DNA from: Methanobacteriota archaeon
GTDB taxonomy: Archaea; JAADCQ01; Methanopyri; Methanopyrales; Methanopyraceae
DNA: 64,000 nucleotides
Direction of reading: 5' to 3'
Assembly: GCA_027064425.1 (NCBI GenBank)
Contig: JAMOPO010000027.1
Location: forward strand, 32,001-96,000
Under the pieces are notes generated by a model that was not told where the DNA came from, did not search any database, and saw only the letters and a program-made list of their open reading frames with translations. The position numbers and the translations under genes are program-made. Of this stretch, positions 8,826-17,773 are shown piece after piece. Numbering within the stretch: position 1 is the first letter of the stretch; the number at the start of each line of letters is the position of its first letter.

Positions 8826-9743
8826 TTGAGGTGCCGTCGGTGCGGTGAGCGGCGGGGTGAGTACGAGCGTCCCTACGCGGGCGACGTAGTGTGCGGCCGG
8901 TGCCTGGTCGAGCTGGTCAGAGACCGGGTGTTCCGGGAGGTCCGCCGCTGGAGGTGGTTTGAGCCGGGGCAGCGGGTAGTCGTGGCGCTCTCGGGTGGAA
9001 AGGACAGCGCGGTCGCGCTCCGGCTCATCCTCGAGTATTTGGAGCCGCTGCCTGAGGTCGAGGTGATCGCGCTCACGGTCGACGAGGGGATCTCGGGGTT
9101 CCGGGACAGGTGCCTGCGTCAGGCTGAGAGGCTGGTGGAGGAGCTCGAGGTGGAGTGGGAGGTGGTGTCGTTCGAGGAGGAGTACGGGTTTAGGCTCGAG
9201 GACGTCGTGGAGGACACCGAGTACCCGGCGTGCACCGTCTGCGGGGTGCTGAGGCGGCGGCTGATAAACGCCAAGGCCCGGGAGCTGAACGCCGACGTCG
9301 TGGTGACGGGGCATAACCTAGACGACGAGGCGCAGGCCGTGCTGATGAACTTCGTGAAGGCGGACCTGGCTCAGCTCTCCAAGCTGCATCCGGAGGTTAA
9401 GCCCGAGTCCGAGTCGGTGGTGCCGAGGGTTAAGCCGCTGCGGCGGGTCCCGGAGCGGGAGGTCCGGTGGGTTGCTGACGAGCTGAACCTGCCGTATCAC
9501 CCGGACCCCTGCCCGTTCGCCGAGTCCTCCGTCCGGTCGTTCTTCCGGCGACTGCTGGACGAGCTGGAGGAGGAGCTCCCGAACGCGAAGTTCGGGATCC
9601 TGCAGGCCCTCGACCGGGCCGGTCCGCTCCTGGCCGAAGAGTTCCTCCAGGGCGAGGTTAGAGCGTGCGAGCGCTGCGGGGAGCCGGCCTCCGGGGAGCT
9701 CTGCAAGGCCTGCGAGATCTTGGAGGCGCTCGATCAGCGCTGA
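8826..9743 (+). CDS. tRNA 2-thiolation protein (TtuA/Ncs6/NcsA family)
   Basis: N- and C-terminal Zn fingers, SGGKDS PP-loop, CTVCGVLRR, TGHNLDDEAQ, CP. Confidence 0.9.
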   Translation: MRCRRCGERRGEYERPYAGDVVCGRCLVELVRDRVFREVRRWRWFEPGQRVVVALSGGKDSAVALRLILEYLEPLPEVEVIALTVDEGISGFRDRCLRQAERLVEELEVEWEVVSFEEEYGFRLEDVVEDTEYPACTVCGVLRRRLINAKARELNADVVVTGHNLDDEAQAVLMNFVKADLAQLSKLHPEVKPESESVVPRVKPLRRVPEREVRWVADELNLPYHPDPCPFAESSVRSFFRRLLDELEEELPNAKFGILQALDRAGPLLAEEFLQGEVRACERCGEPASGELCKACEILEALDQR

Positions 9744-10897
9744 TCGCGGGTCCTGCGCAGCAGCTCCGCCCGGACGAGCAGGGACGAGTGGTTTTCAACG
9801 CGCTCGCGGACGTCGTCCCACTCCGGCTTGGCGTGCTCGACGTCATTGAACCGCGACAGCTTGACCCGAACGCCGTCCACCTCGACGATCTCCCGCTCCG
9901 CCATCACCCGCTCGCACCGGTAAACCCGGGCGCCCAAGGACCCCGTCCAGCGGAAGATCTCGCGGAAAACCTCCTCCTCCACACCGGGCCGGTCCTCCGC
10001 GATCACGCGCAGGATGAACCTGGGCCGGTTTTTCTTCCCCAGCCCGTGCAGCACCTCTACGTCCCGCACGCCGTTCAGCTCGAGCAGCCGGGTGATGGCC
10101 TCCCCGATCATCTCCCCGTCCGCGTCGTCCACCGACGTTTCCACGATCTTCACGAACCCTCCACCCGCACCGGGCTCGCAGACTAGAGCCCGGAGGACGT
10201 TCGGCCGGTCGTCCAGCTCGCGGGACCCGGCCCCGAATCCTTGCCTGACCACCCTCCAGGGTGGCTCCGCATCCTCCGTGAGCTCGTCAATCGCCCTCAG
10301 CAGCGCCGCGCCCGTCGGCGTGAGCAGCTCACCCTCGCCGCTCGCGTGGAACTCGCGCCCCCAACCTGATAGGATCTCGGCGACCGCGGGCGCCGGCACG
10401 GGGAGCTCACCGTGCTCGGTCCTCACGGTGCCGGAGCCCACGTTCGGTGGGAGCACGGCGACCCGCGCTGGGTCGAGATCCTGGAGGAGGGCGGCGCACC
10501 CCACCAGATCCACGACGGTGTCCACGGCGCCCAGCTCGTGGAGGTGGTCGAGCTCCCCGTGCACCTTCTCCTCCGCCTCAAAGAGCAGCTTCAGCGCCCT
10601 CTCCGGTAGCCTCGACCAGGGCTCCTTCGCCAGCACCTCCCGGGAGACGTCCTCAACGAGGCTCTCCAGCTCTTCGGGGTCCCGGACCTCCCCGTCGGCC
10701 TCCACCGCGACCCGAACCGCCCGGAACCCTTTGACCGTCACCCAGTTCCAGTCGATGTCCACCCGGTACCCCCGCTCTCGGAGGACCCGCACCACGCGGT
10801 CGAGGTTCTCGCCGCTCGCGCCCACGGCCAGCAGGCAGCCAAGGAGCATGTCGCCCGAGGCGCCGGCCACCTGCGGGTCGAGGACCAGCAGCTCCAC
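9734..10897 (-). CDS. larC: Nickel pincer cofactor nickel chelatase LarC family
   Basis: GASGDMLLG, HLHELGAVDTVVD, TEHGELPVPAPA, ELLTPTGAA, KKNRP, KPEWDD; GTG start after GGAGG. Confidence 0.9.
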   Translation of the reverse strand: MELLVLDPQVAGASGDMLLGCLLAVGASGENLDRVVRVLRERGYRVDIDWNWVTVKGFRAVRVAVEADGEVRDPEELESLVEDVSREVLAKEPWSRLPERALKLLFEAEEKVHGELDHLHELGAVDTVVDLVGCAALLQDLDPARVAVLPPNVGSGTVRTEHGELPVPAPAVAEILSGWGREFHASGEGELLTPTGAALLRAIDELTEDAEPPWRVVRQGFGAGSRELDDRPNVLRALVCEPGAGGGFVKIVETSVDDADGEMIGEAITRLLELNGVRDVEVLHGLGKKNRPRFILRVIAEDRPGVEEEVFREIFRWTGSLGARVYRCERVMAEREIVEVDGVRVKLSRFNDVEHAKPEWDDVRERVENHSSLLVRAELLRRTRDQR

Positions 10898-10965
10898 CGA
10901 TCCTCCCCCGGGCGAGTTCGGGGGTCTCTTAACCCCTCTCGCCACCCAGGGACCCGGGGATAAGG

Positions 10966-11292
10966 TTGGGTCTGGTTGAGGTGCGGGTCTTCGTGGACCC
11001 CGAGAACGTCGGCAAGCTGATGAACGCGATGGCGGACGCCGGCGTGACCGGGTTCTACGCGGTGGAGTATCGGGGCGTGGCCCCGGATCGTTGGGAAGGG
11101 TTCGAGATCGACGAGGATCCGGAGCAGGCGATCAAGGCCATGAACGACCTCTCGGAGCGCGCGGTCATGGTGGTGACGGTGATCCCGGAGGACCGGCTGG
11201 ACGACCTGAAAAAGGCCGTGAGGGAGCGTCTGTCGGGCGACAGGTACACGATCATGGTGGCTGAGGTGAGGGAAGTCGAGGTGAGGGGCTAG
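10966..11292 (+). CDS. Methanogen-conserved MJ1244-like protein (PII-like fold)
   Basis: FVDPENVGKLMNAM..AGVTGFYAVEYRG..P..W.GF...EDPE pattern. Confidence 0.65.
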   Translation: MGLVEVRVFVDPENVGKLMNAMADAGVTGFYAVEYRGVAPDRWEGFEIDEDPEQAIKAMNDLSERAVMVVTVIPEDRLDDLKKAVRERLSGDRYTIMVAEVREVEVRG

Positions 11293-12257
11293 CGGAACGC
11301 CCGCCGCACGGCGTCCGCCACCTTCTTCACCTTCCACGCGATTCCCTCGATGCGGACCTCGCACGAGCCAACGACGGCGTCCTTGGTGGCCGAGCATTCC
11401 ACCTCCACGACCCGCTTGAACGGGATTCCGTAGTGCTCCAGCAGCATCGACAGGGCGCCGCGCACCGCGTGGCAGACGGGCTCGTCGGACTCCATCCCGG
11501 CGCACTCCAGGCACTTCTCCACGCGGAACCGGTCGCCCTCGAGCTCGTAGCTGGACCCGCTGATCTCCTCCACCCTGGCCACCAGCTCCTCCGGATCCTC
11601 CGGATCGAACGCATCGATGAACGCCTCGGCGTACAGCCGGCCCGCCCGAAAGAACATGGGCCGGGCCGCGTCGCCGAAGACCTCCCGCAGCAGGCTCTCC
11701 GAGGCGATCTTAAAGGCCGCCACCTCCTCCGGGTCGCGGCTCGCGCTGAGCATCTCCTCGAACTCCGACTCGGTGAAGTCGCGAAGCTCCGGGATGTGGG
11801 GCTCCCCGTTGCCGCCCTTGCTCTCGTCCCCGATCACGAATACGCATCGACCATCACCCGCTCCCTCGCACTCCGTCTGGACGACCTTGACCGGTTCTCC
11901 CGTCACCTCCTTCACGACGCCCGCGATGAACCCTCGGATGAAGTTGCAGGCGGGGCCGTTGAGGCGCGGGTAGCCGGCGCACTCGGGGCAGTTTCGGACG
12001 ATCACAACTCCGTCCTTCTCATCCACCTCGCAGTCGGCACCTACCATGTCAAGGAACTCAGTTAGCGGCTCCTCGAGATCGTCACCCTTGAACCACCTGG
12101 CCAACATCGAGCCCGCATTGACCAGCGCCCCGCAGCACTTGTCGCCGACCAGCGTGTACAGCGCCAGCACGACCATCTTGTTGGTCGCCTGAAGCTCCCC
12201 GGCCGTGAACTCGGACCCTACCTCCTCCGCCACCTGTCGGAGCTTGTCGGGGGACAT
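11289..12257 (-). CDS. Tandem V4R-domain protein
   Basis: Two C.EC...C...G...E.EC...C V4R repeats; ATG at 12257. Confidence 0.82.
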   Translation of the reverse strand: MSPDKLRQVAEEVGSEFTAGELQATNKMVVLALYTLVGDKCCGALVNAGSMLARWFKGDDLEEPLTEFLDMVGADCEVDEKDGVVIVRNCPECAGYPRLNGPACNFIRGFIAGVVKEVTGEPVKVVQTECEGAGDGRCVFVIGDESKGGNGEPHIPELRDFTESEFEEMLSASRDPEEVAAFKIASESLLREVFGDAARPMFFRAGRLYAEAFIDAFDPEDPEELVARVEEISGSSYELEGDRFRVEKCLECAGMESDEPVCHAVRGALSMLLEHYGIPFKRVVEVECSATKDAVVGSCEVRIEGIAWKVKKVADAVRRAFR

Positions 12258-12346
12258 CTCAAGTCCCCCGCTGAGCGCCACATTCACGGTGCCGGGCTTC
12301 TCATTACCGGCGGACGTCGGCGCGGGCACCGTAGCGAACCCAGTCG

Positions 12347-13579
12347 TCATTGGGATACGAAGATGCTTTCGATAGGGGCGTTGATGCGCTCGATCCACCT
12401 GGACATCAGCTCGGACACCCTGCGTACGTCCTCCTCCTCGACCCTGTCAGACAGCCTCAGACGGGCGTGGGCCCGGGCCAGCAGCAGCATGGTCCGCTCT
12501 ATCCTCCTCTTGGACGGGCCCCAGCTGGAGGCCCTGGACAGCTCCGAGGCCCGAGACGACACCATCCTCACGACGCTCGACGAACACCTCGGCCCCTCGA
12601 CCCGAGAGGCACACTTCAGCAGCGCCCTGACGTCCTCCTCCCTGATTCGTCTCCCGCTGACCCTCTCCGGGTAAGGATCCGGCCACAGGATCAGGTCCAC
12701 GCTCCTCAGCGCGGCTCCGGGGATCTTCAGGCAGGTGAGGGCGGGGTGCTCGTCTGGTGAGGACTCCAGCGCGCAGATGACGGAGCATCGGACCCCGAAC
12801 CGGACGCCGGAGACCGGGATCACGCCACGCCGGGTTAGGGAGAGCAGCTCCAGGAGTTTGGGATCGTGCGGATCGACGCCGTCGGCGATCAGCAGGCCGT
12901 CGTTGGCCAGCATCGGAACACCGGCCTCGAACCTCCACCCGGTCTCGGTAACCGTCAAGTCCCCTCGGAGGTTCCGGGAGCTGGCGGACCTCAGGTTTAC
13001 CTTGTGGGCCTGGGGCGAGAGCCGCCGGATCCGCTCCGTGACCGCACGCGCGACCCGCGGAGGGGCCAGGAAGAGCGCGCTCGCAGCCGCGCCGCCCACC
13101 GGGGTGACCATCAGCAGTGCCAAGAGCTCATAGCATGGCTCCGGCCTCCTCCGAGGCGAGAGAACGCTCGCGCACGCCTCGAGCGGGTCGTCATCCGAGA
13201 GCTCCTGGGCCGCAACCATCTCCTCAGGTGAGGGGGAGGGGTCCGACTCGACGGGTCTGACGTCGATGGCCACAACCTCGCCGCGGTCGTTGCGCCCGCC
13301 CAGCACCAGAACCTCACGACCGGGCCGCAGGAGGTCCGGGGCCACCCTGACCGACGGCCTCACGGGGACCGTCTCGCCCTCCTCCGTTAGCAGCTTGAAC
13401 CCGCGGACGTGTTCCACCCCCTCCACGGACTTGACGCGGCCGCGCACGACGACCGGCGCCAAATTCCTCAGCTCGAGTGAGCTGGGGGCTGAATCCTCGG
13501 GAACGCTGTCCTGAGGGACGTCCAGCTCGGACAGCCGCCGCAGCGCGTCAGCCGTCAGGTCCTCGTCCGCGTCCTCCAT
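12347..13579 (-). CDS. Degenerate MCM helicase-like protein (probably ATPase-inactive)
   Basis: OB-fold LRPGREVLVLG, GWRFEAGVPMLANDGLLIAD, RCSVICA, LARAHARLRLSDRVEEEDV lid; no Walker A/B or Zn finger. Confidence 0.78.
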   Translation of the reverse strand: MEDADEDLTADALRRLSELDVPQDSVPEDSAPSSLELRNLAPVVVRGRVKSVEGVEHVRGFKLLTEEGETVPVRPSVRVAPDLLRPGREVLVLGGRNDRGEVVAIDVRPVESDPSPSPEEMVAAQELSDDDPLEACASVLSPRRRPEPCYELLALLMVTPVGGAAASALFLAPPRVARAVTERIRRLSPQAHKVNLRSASSRNLRGDLTVTETGWRFEAGVPMLANDGLLIADGVDPHDPKLLELLSLTRRGVIPVSGVRFGVRCSVICALESSPDEHPALTCLKIPGAALRSVDLILWPDPYPERVSGRRIREEDVRALLKCASRVEGPRCSSSVVRMVSSRASELSRASSWGPSKRRIERTMLLLARAHARLRLSDRVEEEDVRRVSELMSRWIERINAPIESIFVSQ

Positions 13580-13709
13580 ACTCTCCTTGACCTTCCTCGC
13601 GCGGGCGCCGACGGGCGAGTCTCGCCAGGGTGGCTTAATCCCCTCGTCACCCCCTTGACGGGCCCGGTTTCCGAAACGCGCGCCCCGGATTTCAGTTAAT
13701 CAATTAACC

Positions 13710-14942
13710 TCACGATCCTCCGCACTCCGACGCCGGAACGAGGCCGCGACGAGACCGCAGCGCCGCGGGCAGTGGGAGCGGGACCGTGGGTAGCGGGGGC
13801 AGCCGCCTCTTCCGTTCAGCCCCACCCCCTCCCTTGACGGCAACGCCGCTCGGTGCCACGATCACGGTGACCGGGTTGCTGAACGCTGGAGCCATGAGCG
13901 GTCCCCCCTGGAACATGGCCACGTAGACGAACCGACCGGACTTCTTCGGAGTGACCCTCAGGGGCGGGGTCTTACCGTCCGGACCGGTGACCCAGCCCGC
14001 AAGGGCCGAGGCGCTCACTATCGCCCCGTTTTCCAGCAGGAAGATCCTGGCGTTCGGGACCGGGCGGCCCCTGTAATCCGTGAGCACGGCCCGGAGCTCG
14101 AACGCCCTACCACCGTCGACGGCCTTGGCGAGGAGCCTCAGCCTGACCCGCTCCCGGAACGTGCACACGGTTCTCCAGGTGGCGGGCTCGTAGAGGGGAC
14201 CGCCCGCGTACCGGACCTCGATGGCGAGGATCCCGGGCTTCTTGGGCCTGACCCACAGCTGGAACCCGCCGGCTCGGTCCGGCCGCGCGGTGATCGTCTC
14301 GCTCAGCCCGCACCCCTGAACGACCACCGTGATCGGCGCGGGGATCGGCACCCCGAACACCCCGTCCCGCAGCTCTCCCCGGATCATCACGCGCTGTCCG
14401 ATCAGGCCAACCCGTGGGAGGACCGCGACCCGCAGGCTCACCGGGAGCCTCGTTAGGAACTTCGTCAGCGGGTGGATGACGCAGTCCGGGACCCTGGCCA
14501 CCGGTCTCGAGGTTGCTCCACGGAGCTCCAACAGCAGCAGCTCGGGCCTGGTCAGGTTGTTCGGGCCGGTAATTAGCAGTCCGTAGAGGCGCAGGTACCG
14601 GCCGGTAAGACCCACGTAAGCTCGGGCCTTAATCGCGGACGACCGGGTTTTAAGCGCGCGGGCGGTGACCTCGATCCACCCTCTGGTCTCGTCGCCCACG
14701 CGGACGCGGGTGATCCATCTGACCCCGCCGTTCTCCGCGAGGACCAACCTACACCACGGCTTACCGTTCACCAGCAGGTCCACGGCCCAGCCCACTCTCG
14801 GGTCCAGCCGCAGCAGCGGGTAGTACTTCAGACCGATCGCGTAGACCGCTGCGTGGCCGGTCGCTGGAGCCGTGAACGCCGCTAACAGCACCACCGCGAG
14901 CGTCAGAGCGGTCCGAAGTATTACCCCCGAGGCGGCCGGCAC
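13710..14942 (-). CDS. Secreted protein with Ig-like repeats
   Basis: Signal peptide; two repeats ending Y/F.GGPL..PA; basic/Pro-rich C-terminus. Confidence 0.7.
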   Translation of the reverse strand: MPAASGVILRTALTLAVVLLAAFTAPATGHAAVYAIGLKYYPLLRLDPRVGWAVDLLVNGKPWCRLVLAENGGVRWITRVRVGDETRGWIEVTARALKTRSSAIKARAYVGLTGRYLRLYGLLITGPNNLTRPELLLLELRGATSRPVARVPDCVIHPLTKFLTRLPVSLRVAVLPRVGLIGQRVMIRGELRDGVFGVPIPAPITVVVQGCGLSETITARPDRAGGFQLWVRPKKPGILAIEVRYAGGPLYEPATWRTVCTFRERVRLRLLAKAVDGGRAFELRAVLTDYRGRPVPNARIFLLENGAIVSASALAGWVTGPDGKTPPLRVTPKKSGRFVYVAMFQGGPLMAPAFSNPVTVIVAPSGVAVKGGGGAERKRRLPPLPTVPLPLPAALRSRRGLVPASECGGS

Positions 14943-14975
14943 TCCCCGACGGACCCTCCACTGGGTAAACGGAAG

Positions 14976-14985
14976 GCATATAAGT
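14976..14985 (+). promoter_or_regulatory. Probable TATA box for the 15037 surface-protein gene
   Basis: GCATATAAGT with purine-rich BRE-like ACGGAAG upstream, in the divergent intergenic region. Confidence 0.5.
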
Positions 14986-15036
14986 GTCTCTTCGGTCGGT
15001 CAAGTATGAGGCCGGTCGGAAGGGGGTGAGAACCCA

Positions 15037-17715
15037 GTGGCCCGCGTGGGGCCGGTAATCCTCGCGGCGTTGGCCGCTTTGTTGGCGCTCACGGGCGCCT
15101 CGGCGGCGGCGCCGCTGTCGGTTAGCCAGTCGGACGTGGTCAGGGGAGTCGTCGAGTGGGAGCTCAGCAAGGGTGTCTTCACGCCGGTGTACAGGCAGCT
15201 GGAGATCACCTCAGAGGCCGCCGTATCCAACCCGTCGACCAACCAGAAGACCTACGATGTGGTCCCTGTGGCGCGGTCGCCGTCGCTGACGGGTTTCCAG
15301 ATGCTACAGGACCCGAACGCGCAGGTGCAGGTAGCGCAGCTCAGCGACAAGGTGGTCGGTGAAACTTACGTTAAGCTGTCGCCCGGAAGCCAGGCGGCGG
15401 TCGGCTACCGGCTGGTTTGCGTCAGCCCGACCGAGGGTGAGTGGGGTCGGGTCGCTCCGGTAGTGAAGTACGACATCATGGTCAACGGAGCCCCGTGGTT
15501 CCAAACGCAGGTGTCGGGCGCCGACACCATCGCGGAGGTGATCGAGATCGCCAACCACGGCGTCCAGGTGTGGGTCGACGACGAGCAGGGAGGCACGCAG
15601 CAGGCCGGTTCGCTCTACAACCTGATGGTGCTGGTCCCGGTTGATCAGCTCTACCAGCTCAGGCAGGCCCTCGGAGTCGACTACGAGGTCACACTGTCCG
15701 TGGCCGAGAACCCGTTGAACGGGACGATCCCGAGCAATCTGCAGCCGACGGCTAGGGTCACCGTGGACGCGAACGGGAACCCGACCATCACCTTCGACCT
15801 GGACGGTGACGGCGCCTCGGACTCGTGCCTGATGATCTACACCCTGAATGGCGTTCAGTACCTGACGATCGGTGTCGACACGAACGGTGACGGTGCGGTG
15901 GACGAGCCCGCGAAGTACGCGGTGGACCCGGACTCGAAGCTCGGCGTTCGGGTGATGTACCAGCTGTCCTCGGCGCCCTCGCAGGCCGCGACGGCGCTGC
16001 TGCCGGACGTGTACCTCGAGTACGAGTACGCGTACAAGGACTCCTCAGGCAACTACGTAACGAGCGGGGTCACCGTCACCCCACCGTGGTACGTGGCCGT
16101 GCGGCCCGACGAGCTGATCGAGGTCTCGTGGGTCGGTGAGCCGCTGCAGGTGCCGTCGAACGGTGATTGGGGCAGCGTGGACTGGCAGGTCGTGCCGAGG
16201 GTGCGGAACCTGGCGGAGTTCGGGGTCTACCTGCAGCAGGTCAACGTTTACGGACTGTCGAGCGCGGACCTAGTCAACGGGTGGACGCTGGTGCAGTCGT
16301 TCTCGTTCAACCCGCCGAGCGACGGGCTGATCCCGGCCGGTGGTGAGTGGGTCGGGGAGGCCGTAACGATCAGCCCGGCGTCGAGCCCGATCTACGGCAG
16401 CGCGGTGTACTGGAAGATCGAGGTGCAGCTGGGCAACCCGCTGCTGGGTCAGGAGGTGGAGCTGGACAAGACCCGGGCGGCCACCGGTGAGGTCGTGGTG
16501 AAGGGTGTGGCACTACCGGTCGTGCCGCAGGGCGTCCCGGCGGTCTTCGGGCTCTCGGCGTACACCGAGCCGACGAGCGTGCAGCCGGGCACGCGGACGG
16601 TGACGTTCCACTTCAAGTTGGGCGTGGACGGGTCCGCACTGACGTCCGACTCGGTGACCGTCTCGATCTCGATCCCAACCCAGACGGCCCTGGGCGGTTC
16701 GGCCAGCTACGTCGCCGGGAGCGTGAGGGTGTACGTGTACAAGGCCGTGCAGCACTCGAACGGCACGGTGAGTCTGGTGAGGGAGGACGTCACGGGCCAG
16801 GCCAGCATCACGGAGCCGTCGAGCACGAGCAACACGCTGACGATCACGCTCGGTCCGAGCCAGGACCTGGCGTCGGTGCGGTACATCGAGGTCGTGTTCC
16901 AGGTGAACGCCGACTTCCAGTCGGGTGACGCGTACACGATCTCGGACGCCACGGTGCAGATCGGTAGCGTGAGCTACGCGTTCCCGGAGGTTCGGGTAAC
17001 GTCAACCTACGTGCCCGACGTCCCGGTGATCTCGGGTGAGAAGACGAGCTCGGGCTTCGTGGTTGAGGCGAACGGGTTCGTGAGCCCGAAGACCGGTGAC
17101 TTCGGCATGCCGATGGTGGTCGTGGATTACGTGCCGATGGCCGACGTGAAGGACACTGATGGTGACGGGCAGCCGGACATCAACGCGTTCCTGCAGAACC
17201 TGAGCGTCACCGGCCGGTGGGGTCAGACGGACATCGCGTCAGCGGAGTACGTCGGGCAGGCGTCGACGGGAGAGTACATCCTGGCGCTGAAGGACGCGAG
17301 CGGGAACGTGCTGGCGTACCTCGCGGTGAAGGTGCTGGGCACGGTAACCATCGGCAACGTTGACTACTACGCCATCCTGCTGTACAGCGTGAGCTACGAC
17401 CCGAGCTCCGGCACGATCACCGGCGTCCGGAACATGCTGCCGAACACGCAGATTCAGGTGACCTACCCGAGCACGTACTACGACCCGAACGGCGTGCCGG
17501 TGCGGTACTGGGACGAGATCCGGCTGCTGATCGCCGTGGACCCATCGTCCATCCCGATGACCCACTCGGCCGGTGGACCAACGCTGAAGGTCAGGCTGCC
17601 AACGACGGAGGGCGCGCACCAGTACAGCATCACCAAGAAGGGCAAGCGGGCGGTGCCGGTGGCCATCGCGCTGCTGGGCGCGCTGATCCCGCTGATCGCC
17701 CGCCGGCGCTTCTAA
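15037..17715 (+). CDS. Large secreted cell-surface (S-layer/adhesin-like) protein with C-terminal membrane anchor
   Basis: Signal peptide; S/T/V/G-rich beta-strand composition; three Dx[DN]GDG loops; tail KKGKRAVPVAIALLGALIPLIARRRF. Confidence 0.8.
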   Translation: MARVGPVILAALAALLALTGASAAAPLSVSQSDVVRGVVEWELSKGVFTPVYRQLEITSEAAVSNPSTNQKTYDVVPVARSPSLTGFQMLQDPNAQVQVAQLSDKVVGETYVKLSPGSQAAVGYRLVCVSPTEGEWGRVAPVVKYDIMVNGAPWFQTQVSGADTIAEVIEIANHGVQVWVDDEQGGTQQAGSLYNLMVLVPVDQLYQLRQALGVDYEVTLSVAENPLNGTIPSNLQPTARVTVDANGNPTITFDLDGDGASDSCLMIYTLNGVQYLTIGVDTNGDGAVDEPAKYAVDPDSKLGVRVMYQLSSAPSQAATALLPDVYLEYEYAYKDSSGNYVTSGVTVTPPWYVAVRPDELIEVSWVGEPLQVPSNGDWGSVDWQVVPRVRNLAEFGVYLQQVNVYGLSSADLVNGWTLVQSFSFNPPSDGLIPAGGEWVGEAVTISPASSPIYGSAVYWKIEVQLGNPLLGQEVELDKTRAATGEVVVKGVALPVVPQGVPAVFGLSAYTEPTSVQPGTRTVTFHFKLGVDGSALTSDSVTVSISIPTQTALGGSASYVAGSVRVYVYKAVQHSNGTVSLVREDVTGQASITEPSSTSNTLTITLGPSQDLASVRYIEVVFQVNADFQSGDAYTISDATVQIGSVSYAFPEVRVTSTYVPDVPVISGEKTSSGFVVEANGFVSPKTGDFGMPMVVVDYVPMADVKDTDGDGQPDINAFLQNLSVTGRWGQTDIASAEYVGQASTGEYILALKDASGNVLAYLAVKVLGTVTIGNVDYYAILLYSVSYDPSSGTITGVRNMLPNTQIQVTYPSTYYDPNGVPVRYWDEIRLLIAVDPSSIPMTHSAGGPTLKVRLPTTEGAHQYSITKKGKRAVPVAIALLGALIPLIARRRF

Positions 17716-17735
17716 ACCCCTCCCTTCTTATTTCC
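17716..17735 (+). terminator. Pyrimidine-rich terminator-like tract
   Basis: ACCCCTCCCTTCTTATTTCC directly after the stop codon. Confidence 0.45.
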
Positions 17736-17738
17736 GGA

Positions 17739-17761
17739 ATCGTTACGAACCTCGTAACGGG
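17739..17761. repeat. Conserved palindrome copy 4 (ATCGTTACGA-ACC-TCGTAACGGG)
   Basis: Perfect 8-bp arms CGTTACGA/TCGTAACG, after the surface-protein gene. Confidence 0.85.
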
Positions 17762-17773
17762 GGAGCCCGGCCC

